From contig DASXDO010000006.1 in assembly GCA_036490555.1 (NCBI GenBank), forward strand, positions 3,637 through 67,636: a stretch of DNA of 64,000 bases, read 5' to 3'. This document shows positions 56,564 through 64,000 of the stretch, piece after piece (the first letter of the stretch is position 1; every line of letters starts with the position of its first letter). Source of the DNA: Solirubrobacteraceae bacterium (GTDB lineage Bacteria; Actinomycetota; Thermoleophilia; Solirubrobacterales; Solirubrobacteraceae). Position numbers and translations under genes: made by a program. The notes under the pieces were generated by a model. It did not search any database. It worked only from the letters and a program-made list of their open reading frames with translations, and was not told the DNA's origin.

Positions 56564-57451
56564 TCAGCTGCCGAGGATCGTAAGGTCGAGCTGGGCGAGG
56601 CGCTCCGGATCGGCGAGGATGTCGATCTCGACGATCTGCCCGCCCTTGATCGTGTACCCCAGAACTGTGAATGGCCGACCGTCGCGGACCGAGACGATCC
56701 CCGCGGCACCGTTGATCAGCGCCCGCGTGAACTGGACCGTCGACTCGGTTTGCCGGAACATCAGCGCCTGGCTGGCGACGGCCTCTGCGCCTTGGACACG
56801 GTGAGACATGCCTGAGAGCGCTCCGCCGTCGGCTCTCAGCACGACATCGGGGTCAAGCACCGCGACGAGCGCATCAAAGTTCCCGTCGCGCGCTGCGGCG
56901 AGAAAAGCGTCGACGACCTCCCACTGGGCGTCCAAGTCGGCGTCAGGCACTGGCGCCGCGCCTCGCACACGGCGACGGGCGCGACTGGCAAGCTGGCGCG
57001 CCGCCTCGGGGGAGCGCCCGACGATCGGCGCGATATCTTCGAATGGCACGGCGAACATGTCGTGCAGCACAAATGCGAGCCGCTCAGGCGGGGTGAGTCT
57101 CTCGAGCACAACCAGCAACGCGAGCCCGACCGAGTCGGCGAGCAACGCCTCGTGCTCAGGGTTGGTTCCGTCCGCTGGGTCGATGATCGGGTCTGGCACG
57201 CACACCTCCAGCGGCTGCTCACGCCGCGTGCTGCGTGACCGCAGCATGTTCAGCGCCACCCGCGCAACAACCGTCGTCAGCCAGCCGCCAAGGTTCTCGA
57301 CCTCGCTCGTGTCCGCTCGGGCGAGCCGCAGCCAAGCGTCCTGCACCGCGTCGTCGGCCTCACTGAGGGAGCCAAGCATCCGGTAGGCGACCGCCCGTAG
57401 ACGCGGGCGCTGCTGCTCGAACCGCTCGGCGAGCCATTGCTGGTCGGTCAT
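56564..57451 (-). CDS. ECF41 (SigJ-like) sigma factor with C-terminal SnoaL-like domain
   Basis: AYRMLGSLSEADDAVQDAWLR, ERLAFVLHDMF, DPDVVLRADGG, DPERL. Confidence 0.93.
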   Translation of the reverse strand: MTDQQWLAERFEQQRPRLRAVAYRMLGSLSEADDAVQDAWLRLARADTSEVENLGGWLTTVVARVALNMLRSRSTRREQPLEVCVPDPIIDPADGTNPEHEALLADSVGLALLVVLERLTPPERLAFVLHDMFAVPFEDIAPIVGRSPEAARQLASRARRRVRGAAPVPDADLDAQWEVVDAFLAAARDGNFDALVAVLDPDVVLRADGGALSGMSHRVQGAEAVASQALMFRQTESTVQFTRALINGAAGIVSVRDGRPFTVLGYTIKGGQIVEIDILADPERLAQLDLTILGS

Positions 57452-57486
57452 GTCGCGTTCCTCCTTCATGAGGGGTCATAGCACTT

Positions 57487-57550
57487 GACCCGTGAGAGAG
57501 GAGGAACGTGACCAACCGTCGAGTGTCACATTCTCGCGTCGCCACGTGTC
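57487..57550. promoter_or_regulatory. Back-to-back ECF41-type promoters
   Basis: Plus strand TGTCACA-N16-TGTC (57524-57550); minus strand GGTCACG-N16-GGTC (57513-57487). Confidence 0.7.
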
Positions 57551-57655
57551 ATCGAGGTAGACCCCGCCGAGACCCCGCAGAACATGCAAGGGAGACACAG
57601 TCTTCCTAGCGCGGGCGCCTGGCATGACGCACCACGACCCGGAAGGAAGTAGGAC

Positions 57656-58147
57656 ATGCAGGCAAGAATCAAGAACCCCGCCCTGACCGTTCCAGGCGCA
57701 CTCGAGGCTGGGAAGAGCCTCGGCGAGTCGGCGGCGAGCGCTGGGATCCCCGAGACCACGCTGCAGATACTCGATCTGCGTGCGAGTCAGATCAATGGTT
57801 GCGCCGTGTGCGTCGACATCCACTCCCGCGCGCTCGAATACCTTGGGCAGAGCAACGAGCGCATCCACCTGGTCGCGGCTTGGCGCGAGGCGCCATATTT
57901 CAGCGACGCCGAGCGCGCCGCGCTGGCGCTCACAGAGGCCGTGACGCGTCTGGCGGACCGCCCTGACCCAGTATCGGACGAGGTTTGGGATGAGGCCGCG
58001 CGCCACTACGACGAGCCGCAGCTTGCTGCACTCGTGGTCGCGATCGCGACCATCAACGTGTTCAACCGTGTGAACGTCGCGACCAAGCAGATCACCGGCG
58101 AGTTCGTCGACCAGCTCGCTCGAACGGTCGCCCCGCAGCCGGCCTGA
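57656..58147 (+). CDS. Carboxymuconolactone decarboxylase family protein (ECF41 target)
   Basis: RASQINGCAVCVDIH, INVFNR. Confidence 0.92.
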   Translation: MQARIKNPALTVPGALEAGKSLGESAASAGIPETTLQILDLRASQINGCAVCVDIHSRALEYLGQSNERIHLVAAWREAPYFSDAERAALALTEAVTRLADRPDPVSDEVWDEAARHYDEPQLAALVVAIATINVFNRVNVATKQITGEFVDQLARTVAPQPA

Positions 58148-58247
58148 TGGCACAAGAGCCTTCTGCCTTCAGCGCGCCTCCGGCCCCGAGCGACGGCTGC
58201 GGACCCGCAGCCGTCGAGATGGCACAAGAGCCTTCTGCTGGCTACGC

Positions 58248-58715
58248 TCAGGCGAGTTCGCTAAGACCTTGCGTTACCCACGCCTTCAGCTCCTCGGAAC
58301 GGATGAATGGAGCTTCATCGGCAGCTGCGCGCGCGAGCACATCCTCGGCACTGGCACCAGACTCGAGGCCAGCATAGAGGTAGACGAGGGCGGAAGAGCG
58401 AGGGCCCGTGCGACACGTGACAAGAGTGGGCCGAGGCAATGCCTCGAGCGCAGCGATCTGCCGTCGGGCAAGGTCCATGTCGAGCACCTGCGGTGGATCG
58501 GAGACGACGTTCGCGGCCACGGGGACCGCGGCTTGAACACTGGCGTACGACATGCCTCCCTCCACCGCAGCGAAGCCCTCGCCACAGAGAAAAAGCCAGG
58601 ACGCAGCGCCAGCCTCGCGGGCAAACGCCTCAGGATCAGGAATTAGTCCGCGGTTGAACTGCATGTCGGTGGGACTCTCGAACCCTGTCATCTCCGACAA
58701 CATAGCGTTTGTCAT
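58248..58715 (-). CDS. CX5R phosphatase/sulfurtransferase-like protein
   Basis: PTLVTCRTGPRS motif; start uncertain. Confidence 0.7.
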   Translation of the reverse strand: MTNAMLSEMTGFESPTDMQFNRGLIPDPEAFAREAGAASWLFLCGEGFAAVEGGMSYASVQAAVPVAANVVSDPPQVLDMDLARRQIAALEALPRPTLVTCRTGPRSSALVYLYAGLESGASAEDVLARAAADEAPFIRSEELKAWVTQGLSELA

Positions 58716-58849
58716 GGTGCCAGCCGAAGTCAACTCGAACCGCTCAGTGCGGCTGCCTGGCGGGCGAATGTCGCTTGACGCGGGCGAGTAGGGGTGCCCA
58801 GAACGACGAACCCCGACAGTACGGCCGGCCGGCAAGAGGCGCGTGGTGC

Positions 58850-59251
58850 TTAGCCGGTGAGCGGCTTCACGATGCCTCGGGCCCAGGCAACGGCCGTCGT
58901 CGCCCATCGCATAGCTGTTGCGCGATCGACCCCTCCGCTCACCTCGCCGCCGTATCGGAGGCGTGCGGCGTACGGCGTGAGCTGGTCGATGCCGTCGAGT
59001 TCGCTCGGTACCTCTATCGCGGCCTGCTTGCATAGGCCGAGCAGCACGCTCAGATCGTGGCTGAAAGGAAAGTCAACGGCGCGCTCAGCCATGACCGCCT
59101 TGATCGCCTTCTCGATGGCCTGTTGCGCGTGGAAACCGGCTATTGCGTCAGAAACCTCGGCCATGTCGAGGACCGCACGGACTGCCGCCTCGTCCTCGGC
59201 TGCGCGATCGAGGACTGAAGCGCGAGATCGTGAGCGGTCGCCATCAGACAG
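58850..59251 (-). CDS. HEPN domain protein
   Basis: GFHAQQAIEKAIKA, FSHDL, LRY; start codon unclear (approximate). Confidence 0.85.
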   Translation of the reverse strand: MSDGDRSRSRASVLDRAAEDEAAVRAVLDMAEVSDAIAGFHAQQAIEKAIKAVMAERAVDFPFSHDLSVLLGLCKQAAIEVPSELDGIDQLTPYAARLRYGGEVSGGVDRATAMRWATTAVAWARGIVKPLTG

Positions 59252-59567
59252 CCAGCATGCGCCCGTCGGCCAGCGCCGCGTGAATGAGGCTGCCACGCAC
59301 ATCACGCCACTCCTCGAGATCGTGCTCGCTGACGACGACGATGTCCATCGGCACCAGCAGGCTGCGAAGCTCACGCCGAAGACGCACCGACTCCTGCACT
59401 GGGTCATCGACCGAGGGCTCCACGACGAGAAAGTCCAGATCGCTGTGCCGGCGCGCCTCCCCGCGTGCGTGCGATCCAAAGAGGATCACGCGAGTCTGCG
59501 GGGGCGCAGCATCGAGCAGTCGCCGCCCCGCCTCCGCTATCAGCGCATCGTCAACCACGAACGACAC
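59244..59567 (-). CDS. Minimal nucleotidyltransferase (MNT)
   Basis: ILFGSHARG...SDLDFLV, MDIVV. Confidence 0.9.
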   Translation of the reverse strand: MSFVVDDALIAEAGRRLLDAAPPQTRVILFGSHARGEARRHSDLDFLVVEPSVDDPVQESVRLRRELRSLLVPMDIVVVSEHDLEEWRDVRGSLIHAALADGRMLAV

Positions 59568-59670
59568 GGTAGCGCGGCGTCGGCTCACGCGCTCACTTGG
59601 CTTCGTGCCGGCCGCGTACCCGGCAATCGACACTTCGATTCTGATACTAGGCTGCCAGACAGTCGTCTTA

Positions 59671-59743
59671 TGGAGCCTACCGGGATCGAACCGGTGACCT
59701 CCTGCTTGCAAAGCAGGCGCTCTCCCAGCTGAGCTAAGGCCCC
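59671..59743 (-). tRNA. tRNA-Ala(TGC)
   Basis: GGGGCCT...CCTGC-TTTGCAA-GCAGG...GGTTCGATCC...AGGCTCCA, 73 nt, G3-U70. Confidence 0.97.
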
Positions 59744-59881
59744 TGGAAGGCTCAGAGGATACCCGTTGTGAAACAGAGCCTTGTCGCCCAGACAACGCTA
59801 CGCCACCAATACACAGACTCGAGACGATCCGGACGCGAAGCGATCCGGGCTGAGGAGCGATCCAGGCCGAGGAACGATCCG

Positions 59882-62401
59882 CTACGACTCCGTCGCCTCG
59901 ACGGCTGGCGCCCCGACCGGCGCCTGTGCGCTGGCGGCGCGATCCCGCTCGGCGAAGTACTCCGCCCCCTCGATGCTGACGTGCGGCATCGCCCTGTCAA
60001 GCCAGGCTGGCAGCCACCAGTTGATCCTGCCCATCATGATCATCAGCGCAGGCACGAACAGGCAGCGCACGATCGTCGAATCGATGATGATCGCGATCGC
60101 AAGGCCAACGCCGAACTGCTTGATCGTCGGGTCGCCGTTCAGCAGGAAGCTGCCAAAGACGAACACCATGATCAGCGCCGCTGCGGTGATCACCCTTGCA
60201 CTCGTGACGAGGCCTGAGACGACGGAGTTGCGGTTGTCCTCCCCTGCGTGGACATGCTCCTCGATCTGGCTGACAAGGAACACCTCGTAGTCCATCGAGA
60301 GCCCAAAGAGGATCGCGAACATGAAGAGCGGCACATAGGAGACGATCGGCACTGGCCCGCTGAGGCCGATCGCTTTGCTCAGCCAGCCATATTGGAAGAT
60401 CGCTGTGAGAACGCCATAGGAGGCGCCAATCGAGAGCAGGTTCATGATCGCCGCCTGCGGCGGGATCACGAGGGTCCTGAAGGAGAGCACGAGCAGCGCG
60501 AAGCTGAGCACAATGACGACGAGGATCTGCAGCGGCAGCTTGCTCGAGATGCGCGAGGCGAGATCGACGTATCCCGCGGTGCTGCCACCGACGTCTGCAT
60601 GCATGTTCGTGCCCTGCTCAGCCTTTGGGATCACGCTGGAGCGCAGGCGTTCGACGAGTTTCGCCGTCGCTTCCTGCGCGGGACCTGTCTTCGCGATCAC
60701 GTTGAAGAAGCCGATCGTCCCTGCCTTGCTGAGCTTGATCGGCGTGATCGCCGCAACGCCAGGCGTCGCGGCAATGTCCCGCTGCAACGCCTGCAACCGC
60801 GGGTCAGTCGCCCTGGGGTCAGCTTCAGAGGACGCGCTCGGCGCAGCGTGCTCCGCGTTCGCCGAACCCTGCGAGGAGGCAGCCGCCGAGCCTGGGCCTC
60901 CCGCAGCCGCTGCACCGCCAGAGCCCGCGGCAGAGGCACCACCTGAGCCCGCAGCGGAGGCTCCGCCAGAGCCCGCAGCGGAGGCTCCGCCAGAGCCCGC
61001 GCTGGAGGCACCCCCTGAGCCCGCGGCAGAGGCACCACCTGAGCCCGCGGCAGAGGCTCCCACAGAGCCCACGGCAGCCGCGGAGCTCGAGCCTGTGGCG
61101 GACGGCTGCGCAGGCGAGCCAAGCGAGACAGCGATGATGAGCGGGCCGTTCACCCCAGGGCCAAAGCCCTTCGCGATCAGGTCGTAGGCGCGTCGCGCAG
61201 TCGTCGACGTCGAAAGCGCCGCGGTGTCCTGCTGCCCAAGCGTGAGCGAGAGCAGCGGAATCATGAGCGGGATGAGAACCGCAAGCGCAGCGAGACCCGC
61301 GACGAGAGGCCGCTTCGAGATGTCATGCGCCCACTTCGCCCAGAGTCCAGACCTCGCCTTCTCCTCCGAGTAGGGAGCGCGCACGCGTAGCGAGTTGATT
61401 CTCGGGCCGACGATCGCAAGCACCGCCGGCAGCAGCGTGAGCGCCGCGAGCACCGCGATCACGACGGCAATCGCCGCCATGAAGCCCATCGTCGTGACGA
61501 GTGGGATGCCCGCAATCGCAAGCGAGACGAGCGCGATCGTCACGGTCCCACCAGCGAAGAACACGGCGCCGCCAGAGGTCGCCGCCGCACGCGCGATCGA
61601 CTCGTCGAGAGCGAGGCCATCCTGCATACCCCTGAAATGCCTCGTTACGATGAATAGCGCGTAGTCGATCCCAACGCCAAGCCCGATCATCGTCGCAAGC
61701 GTCGGACCAACCGTGGGAACGGTCGTGACGTGGCCAAGCAGCCTGATGATCGAAAGCGTCGCGAGCAATGCGATGATCGCGTTGAGGATTGGCAGCAGCA
61801 TCGCGACGACCGTGCCAAAGGTGAAGGCGAGGATCGCCATCGCGACGATGATCCCAATCAGCTCGCTGGACTCCGTGGAGGGTTTTGAGACCTTCTGCCC
61901 AAGCTGGCCGCCAGTCTGCACTTCCAGCCCAGCCGCGACAGCTGGATGGGCGGCATCGATGATTGTCTGCACTTCTTCGACAGAGAGCGAGCCTGGGCTC
62001 TCTGAAAGCGTCACCGACAGATAGCCAATCGCCTTGCTCTTGCTGAGCGCCCCTGCCCCTTCCGGCGTGAGCGGGCTGACGACCGAGGCGACGTTCGGGG
62101 CCTTTCGCACAGAGGCCGCTGCTCGTTCGACAGCTTCGGCGTGCTTCGGTTCCGTCAGCGTGCCTCTGACCGCATGGAGGACGATGGGACTCGACCCATT
62201 CGCCTGGTCAGGAAATGATTTTGCAAGGATTTCACTCGCCCGCTGGCTGTCGGTGCCTGGCAGTGAGAGGTTGTCATTGGTGTTGTCACCAAGACGGTGC
62301 GAGCCAAGCACAAGCAGGATCGTCGCGAGCAGCCAGATGCCAAGTACGACGAGCTTGTGCCTGATGCAGAGGTGCGCTAGTCGATAGAGAGGGCCCGTCA
62401 T
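59882..62401 (-). CDS. MMPL (RND-family) transporter
   Basis: GLGVGIDYALFIVTR, GLSMDYEVFL, FGPGVNGPL. Confidence 0.95.
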   Translation of the reverse strand: MTGPLYRLAHLCIRHKLVVLGIWLLATILLVLGSHRLGDNTNDNLSLPGTDSQRASEILAKSFPDQANGSSPIVLHAVRGTLTEPKHAEAVERAAASVRKAPNVASVVSPLTPEGAGALSKSKAIGYLSVTLSESPGSLSVEEVQTIIDAAHPAVAAGLEVQTGGQLGQKVSKPSTESSELIGIIVAMAILAFTFGTVVAMLLPILNAIIALLATLSIIRLLGHVTTVPTVGPTLATMIGLGVGIDYALFIVTRHFRGMQDGLALDESIARAAATSGGAVFFAGGTVTIALVSLAIAGIPLVTTMGFMAAIAVVIAVLAALTLLPAVLAIVGPRINSLRVRAPYSEEKARSGLWAKWAHDISKRPLVAGLAALAVLIPLMIPLLSLTLGQQDTAALSTSTTARRAYDLIAKGFGPGVNGPLIIAVSLGSPAQPSATGSSSAAAVGSVGASAAGSGGASAAGSGGASSAGSGGASAAGSGGASAAGSGGASAAGSGGAAAAGGPGSAAASSQGSANAEHAAPSASSEADPRATDPRLQALQRDIAATPGVAAITPIKLSKAGTIGFFNVIAKTGPAQEATAKLVERLRSSVIPKAEQGTNMHADVGGSTAGYVDLASRISSKLPLQILVVIVLSFALLVLSFRTLVIPPQAAIMNLLSIGASYGVLTAIFQYGWLSKAIGLSGPVPIVSYVPLFMFAILFGLSMDYEVFLVSQIEEHVHAGEDNRNSVVSGLVTSARVITAAALIMVFVFGSFLLNGDPTIKQFGVGLAIAIIIDSTIVRCLFVPALMIMMGRINWWLPAWLDRAMPHVSIEGAEYFAERDRAASAQAPVGAPAVEATES
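60912..61074. repeat. 24-bp in-frame repeat x~7 (AAGSGGAS)
   Basis: gagccc at period 24 from 60921 to 61065. Confidence 0.9.
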
Positions 62402-62550
62402 CTCACGTAGATCACCTCGAGCTGGCAATCTGCTTGACCAGCCCTTCGCTGTGGGCCATGATGGCCGCCAGGCAGCCTGCTGTCAAGCTGGCGGCCCAGA
62501 CATATCAGCCACTTGTGGCAAGGGAAATCTCTGCCAGAACAGGAGCAGCC

Positions 62551-62922
62551 GTGGATTGGAAGCTCGAGCTCATCGCAGTGCCCGTCTCTAACGTCGACAG
62601 GGCAAAGGCGTTCTATGCAGAGCAGGTCGGCTTCAACGCCGACCATGACCATCAGGTCAACGACGAGTTGCGCTTCGTGCAGATGACCCCGCCTGGCTCA
62701 GGCTGCTCGATCGCCTTCGGCGTCGGGATCGCCGACACGCCGCCTGGGTCGTTGAAAGGACTGCAACTCGTGGTTGATGACATCGAGGCCGCCCATCGAC
62801 ATCTGAGCGAGCGCGGCGTGGATGTGAGCGAGATCCAGGATTTTCCCTGGGGACGCTTCGTCTTCTTCAGCGACCCCGACGGTAACGGCTGGGCGGTGCA
62901 GCAGATCCCGGCTCGGGCCTGA
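62551..62922 (+). CDS. VOC/glyoxalase family protein
   Basis: AGGAG RBS, GTG start; VPVSNVDRAKAFY, FSDPDGNGW. Confidence 0.9.
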   Translation: MDWKLELIAVPVSNVDRAKAFYAEQVGFNADHDHQVNDELRFVQMTPPGSGCSIAFGVGIADTPPGSLKGLQLVVDDIEAAHRHLSERGVDVSEIQDFPWGRFVFFSDPDGNGWAVQQIPARA

Positions 62923-62933
62923 GCGAGGGCCAG

Positions 62934-63374
62934 CTAGATCCAGGAGGCAGGCTGACCTTCATCGGAGGGCTGCTGCTCGCTCTCCAGATGTCGGTCTTTG
63001 AACAGGCGCGGACGCTCATCGTCGCGTACCGGAGCCTCCCAGGCGAACTCGTCGATCTCCTCGCCGTCGACACGCGCGTCCCGCGCCTCGATTTGGCGAT
63101 CCTCCAGACGCTCTGCGGAGATCTCCTCATCGATCCCAAGCAGCGCGCTCATGTCGATCTCCATCGTCTCCTGATTGACGTTCGTCGAGATGGCGACAGC
63201 CCGCTCCGCCACGTGGCCAGACTCCTCAGCGCCCTTGACGCCCTCAGCGCCCTCAGCGCCTTCGCCGTCCCCGCCGAAGGCCTCGTGCTGCAACAGCGCC
63301 ATCTCGTGCGGATCGGCTCCGCGGCGACGCTTCAGCTCAAGGTGCTCCTTGATCGCTTCGTCAAGCAGTCCCAT
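62934..63374 (-). CDS. Hypothetical protein
   Basis: MGLLDEAIKEHLELKRRRGADP N-terminus, acidic remainder. Confidence 0.65.
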   Translation of the reverse strand: MGLLDEAIKEHLELKRRRGADPHEMALLQHEAFGGDGEGAEGAEGVKGAEESGHVAERAVAISTNVNQETMEIDMSALLGIDEEISAERLEDRQIEARDARVDGEEIDEFAWEAPVRDDERPRLFKDRHLESEQQPSDEGQPASWI

Positions 63375-63473
63375 CGCCAAAACGATACCTGGCTGGGAAC
63401 ACGGCATCGCGAGACCCCACGATCGCCTGTTCGCCACTAGACTTTGATGATCCCGTTCAAGCCTGAACGGCTT

Positions 63474-63546
63474 GGGGCTATAGCTCAGTTGGGAGAGCGC
63501 CTGGATCGCACCCAGGAGGTCATCGGTTCAAGTCCGATTAGCTCCA
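63474..63546 (+). tRNA. tRNA-Ala(CGC)
   Basis: GGGGCTA...CCTGG-ATCGCAC-CCAGG...GGTTCAAGTCC...TAGCTCCA, 73 nt, G3-U70. Confidence 0.95.
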
Positions 63547-63706
63547 TACACGAAGTCCCTGCAAATGGGCATGTTTTGTGCGGATAGCGTACGAGGGGAT
63601 CCGGCCAATCGGATCTCGTGACGGCGGAATGTGCTGCAAATCGGCCTGTTTCGGTGCTTCGGGCGAGCTCGATTCCGAGCCTAGCCGCTGCTGACAAGCC
63701 GCTCCT

Positions 63707-63782
63707 GGCGGGGTGAGCCGCAGCTGGCGGGGTGAGCCGCAGCTGGCGGGATGAGCCGCAGCTGGCGGGGTGAGCCGCAGCT
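63707..63782. repeat. 19-bp tandem repeat x4 (ggcggggtgagccgcagct)
   Basis: Three exact copies and one single-mismatch copy, intergenic. Confidence 0.92.
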
Positions 63783-63832
63783 CCACCCCGCCGCTTGCAC
63801 ACGCCTTCCGTGGCGTGTCCCGCCAGGCTCTC

Positions 63833-64000
63833 TCAGTGCCTCTTGGCCTTCTTCTTGGTCGCCTTGCGCTTGGTGGTCGCCTTGCGCTTGGTGCAACCAG
63901 TGACGCTGATGCGCGTGTTCTGATGCACCTGGGCGCCATTCTGCGCGATGAAGCTCGTTGGCATCACGAGATTGGCGGCGCAGAGGTCGCCGTTGGCGGC
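63833..64000 (-). CDS. 3' end of a third large secreted repeat-protein paralog
   Basis: AANGDLCAANLVMPTSFIAQNGAQVHQNTRISVTGCTKRK...KRH* matches the C-termini at 10665 and 18334. Confidence 0.85.
   Translation of the reverse strand, partial: AANGDLCAANLVMPTSFIAQNGAQVHQNTRISVTGCTKRKATTKRKATKKKAKRH

Overview
High-GC actinobacterial chromosomal segment; the gene families suggest Thermoleophilia/Solirubrobacterales (inference, not a database result). Left to right: the 3' end of soxR, tRNA-Tyr and a small accessory islet (Phd-PIN toxin-antitoxin pair, XRE and RHH regulators), an O-methyltransferase and a giant S53 protease. Next is a tandemly duplicated ~7.4 kb cassette (sigmaA promoter, conserved structured ~250-nt leader ending in a hairpin and a (TC)n tract, secreted beta-propeller protein, ~1100-1200 aa secreted repeat protein, TetR-wHTH regulator). 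The rest is a run of regulators, transporters and small enzymes, an orphan nuoB-nuoD pair, a cold-shock module, an ECF41 locus, an MNT-HEPN pair and two tRNA-Ala genes. Three signals stand out. (1) At 30759-30878, five abutting, perfect 24-bp palindromes, each with different arms but all centred on CATG, lie upstream of a KimA-like transporter. (2) The duplicated non-coding leader shows pairing-preserving substitutions and is a candidate undescribed cis-regulatory RNA. (3) A TetR / ABC1-kinase / nuoB-nuoD module lacks nuoC and shares a candidate operator. All product calls come from reading motifs by eye; no searches were run.
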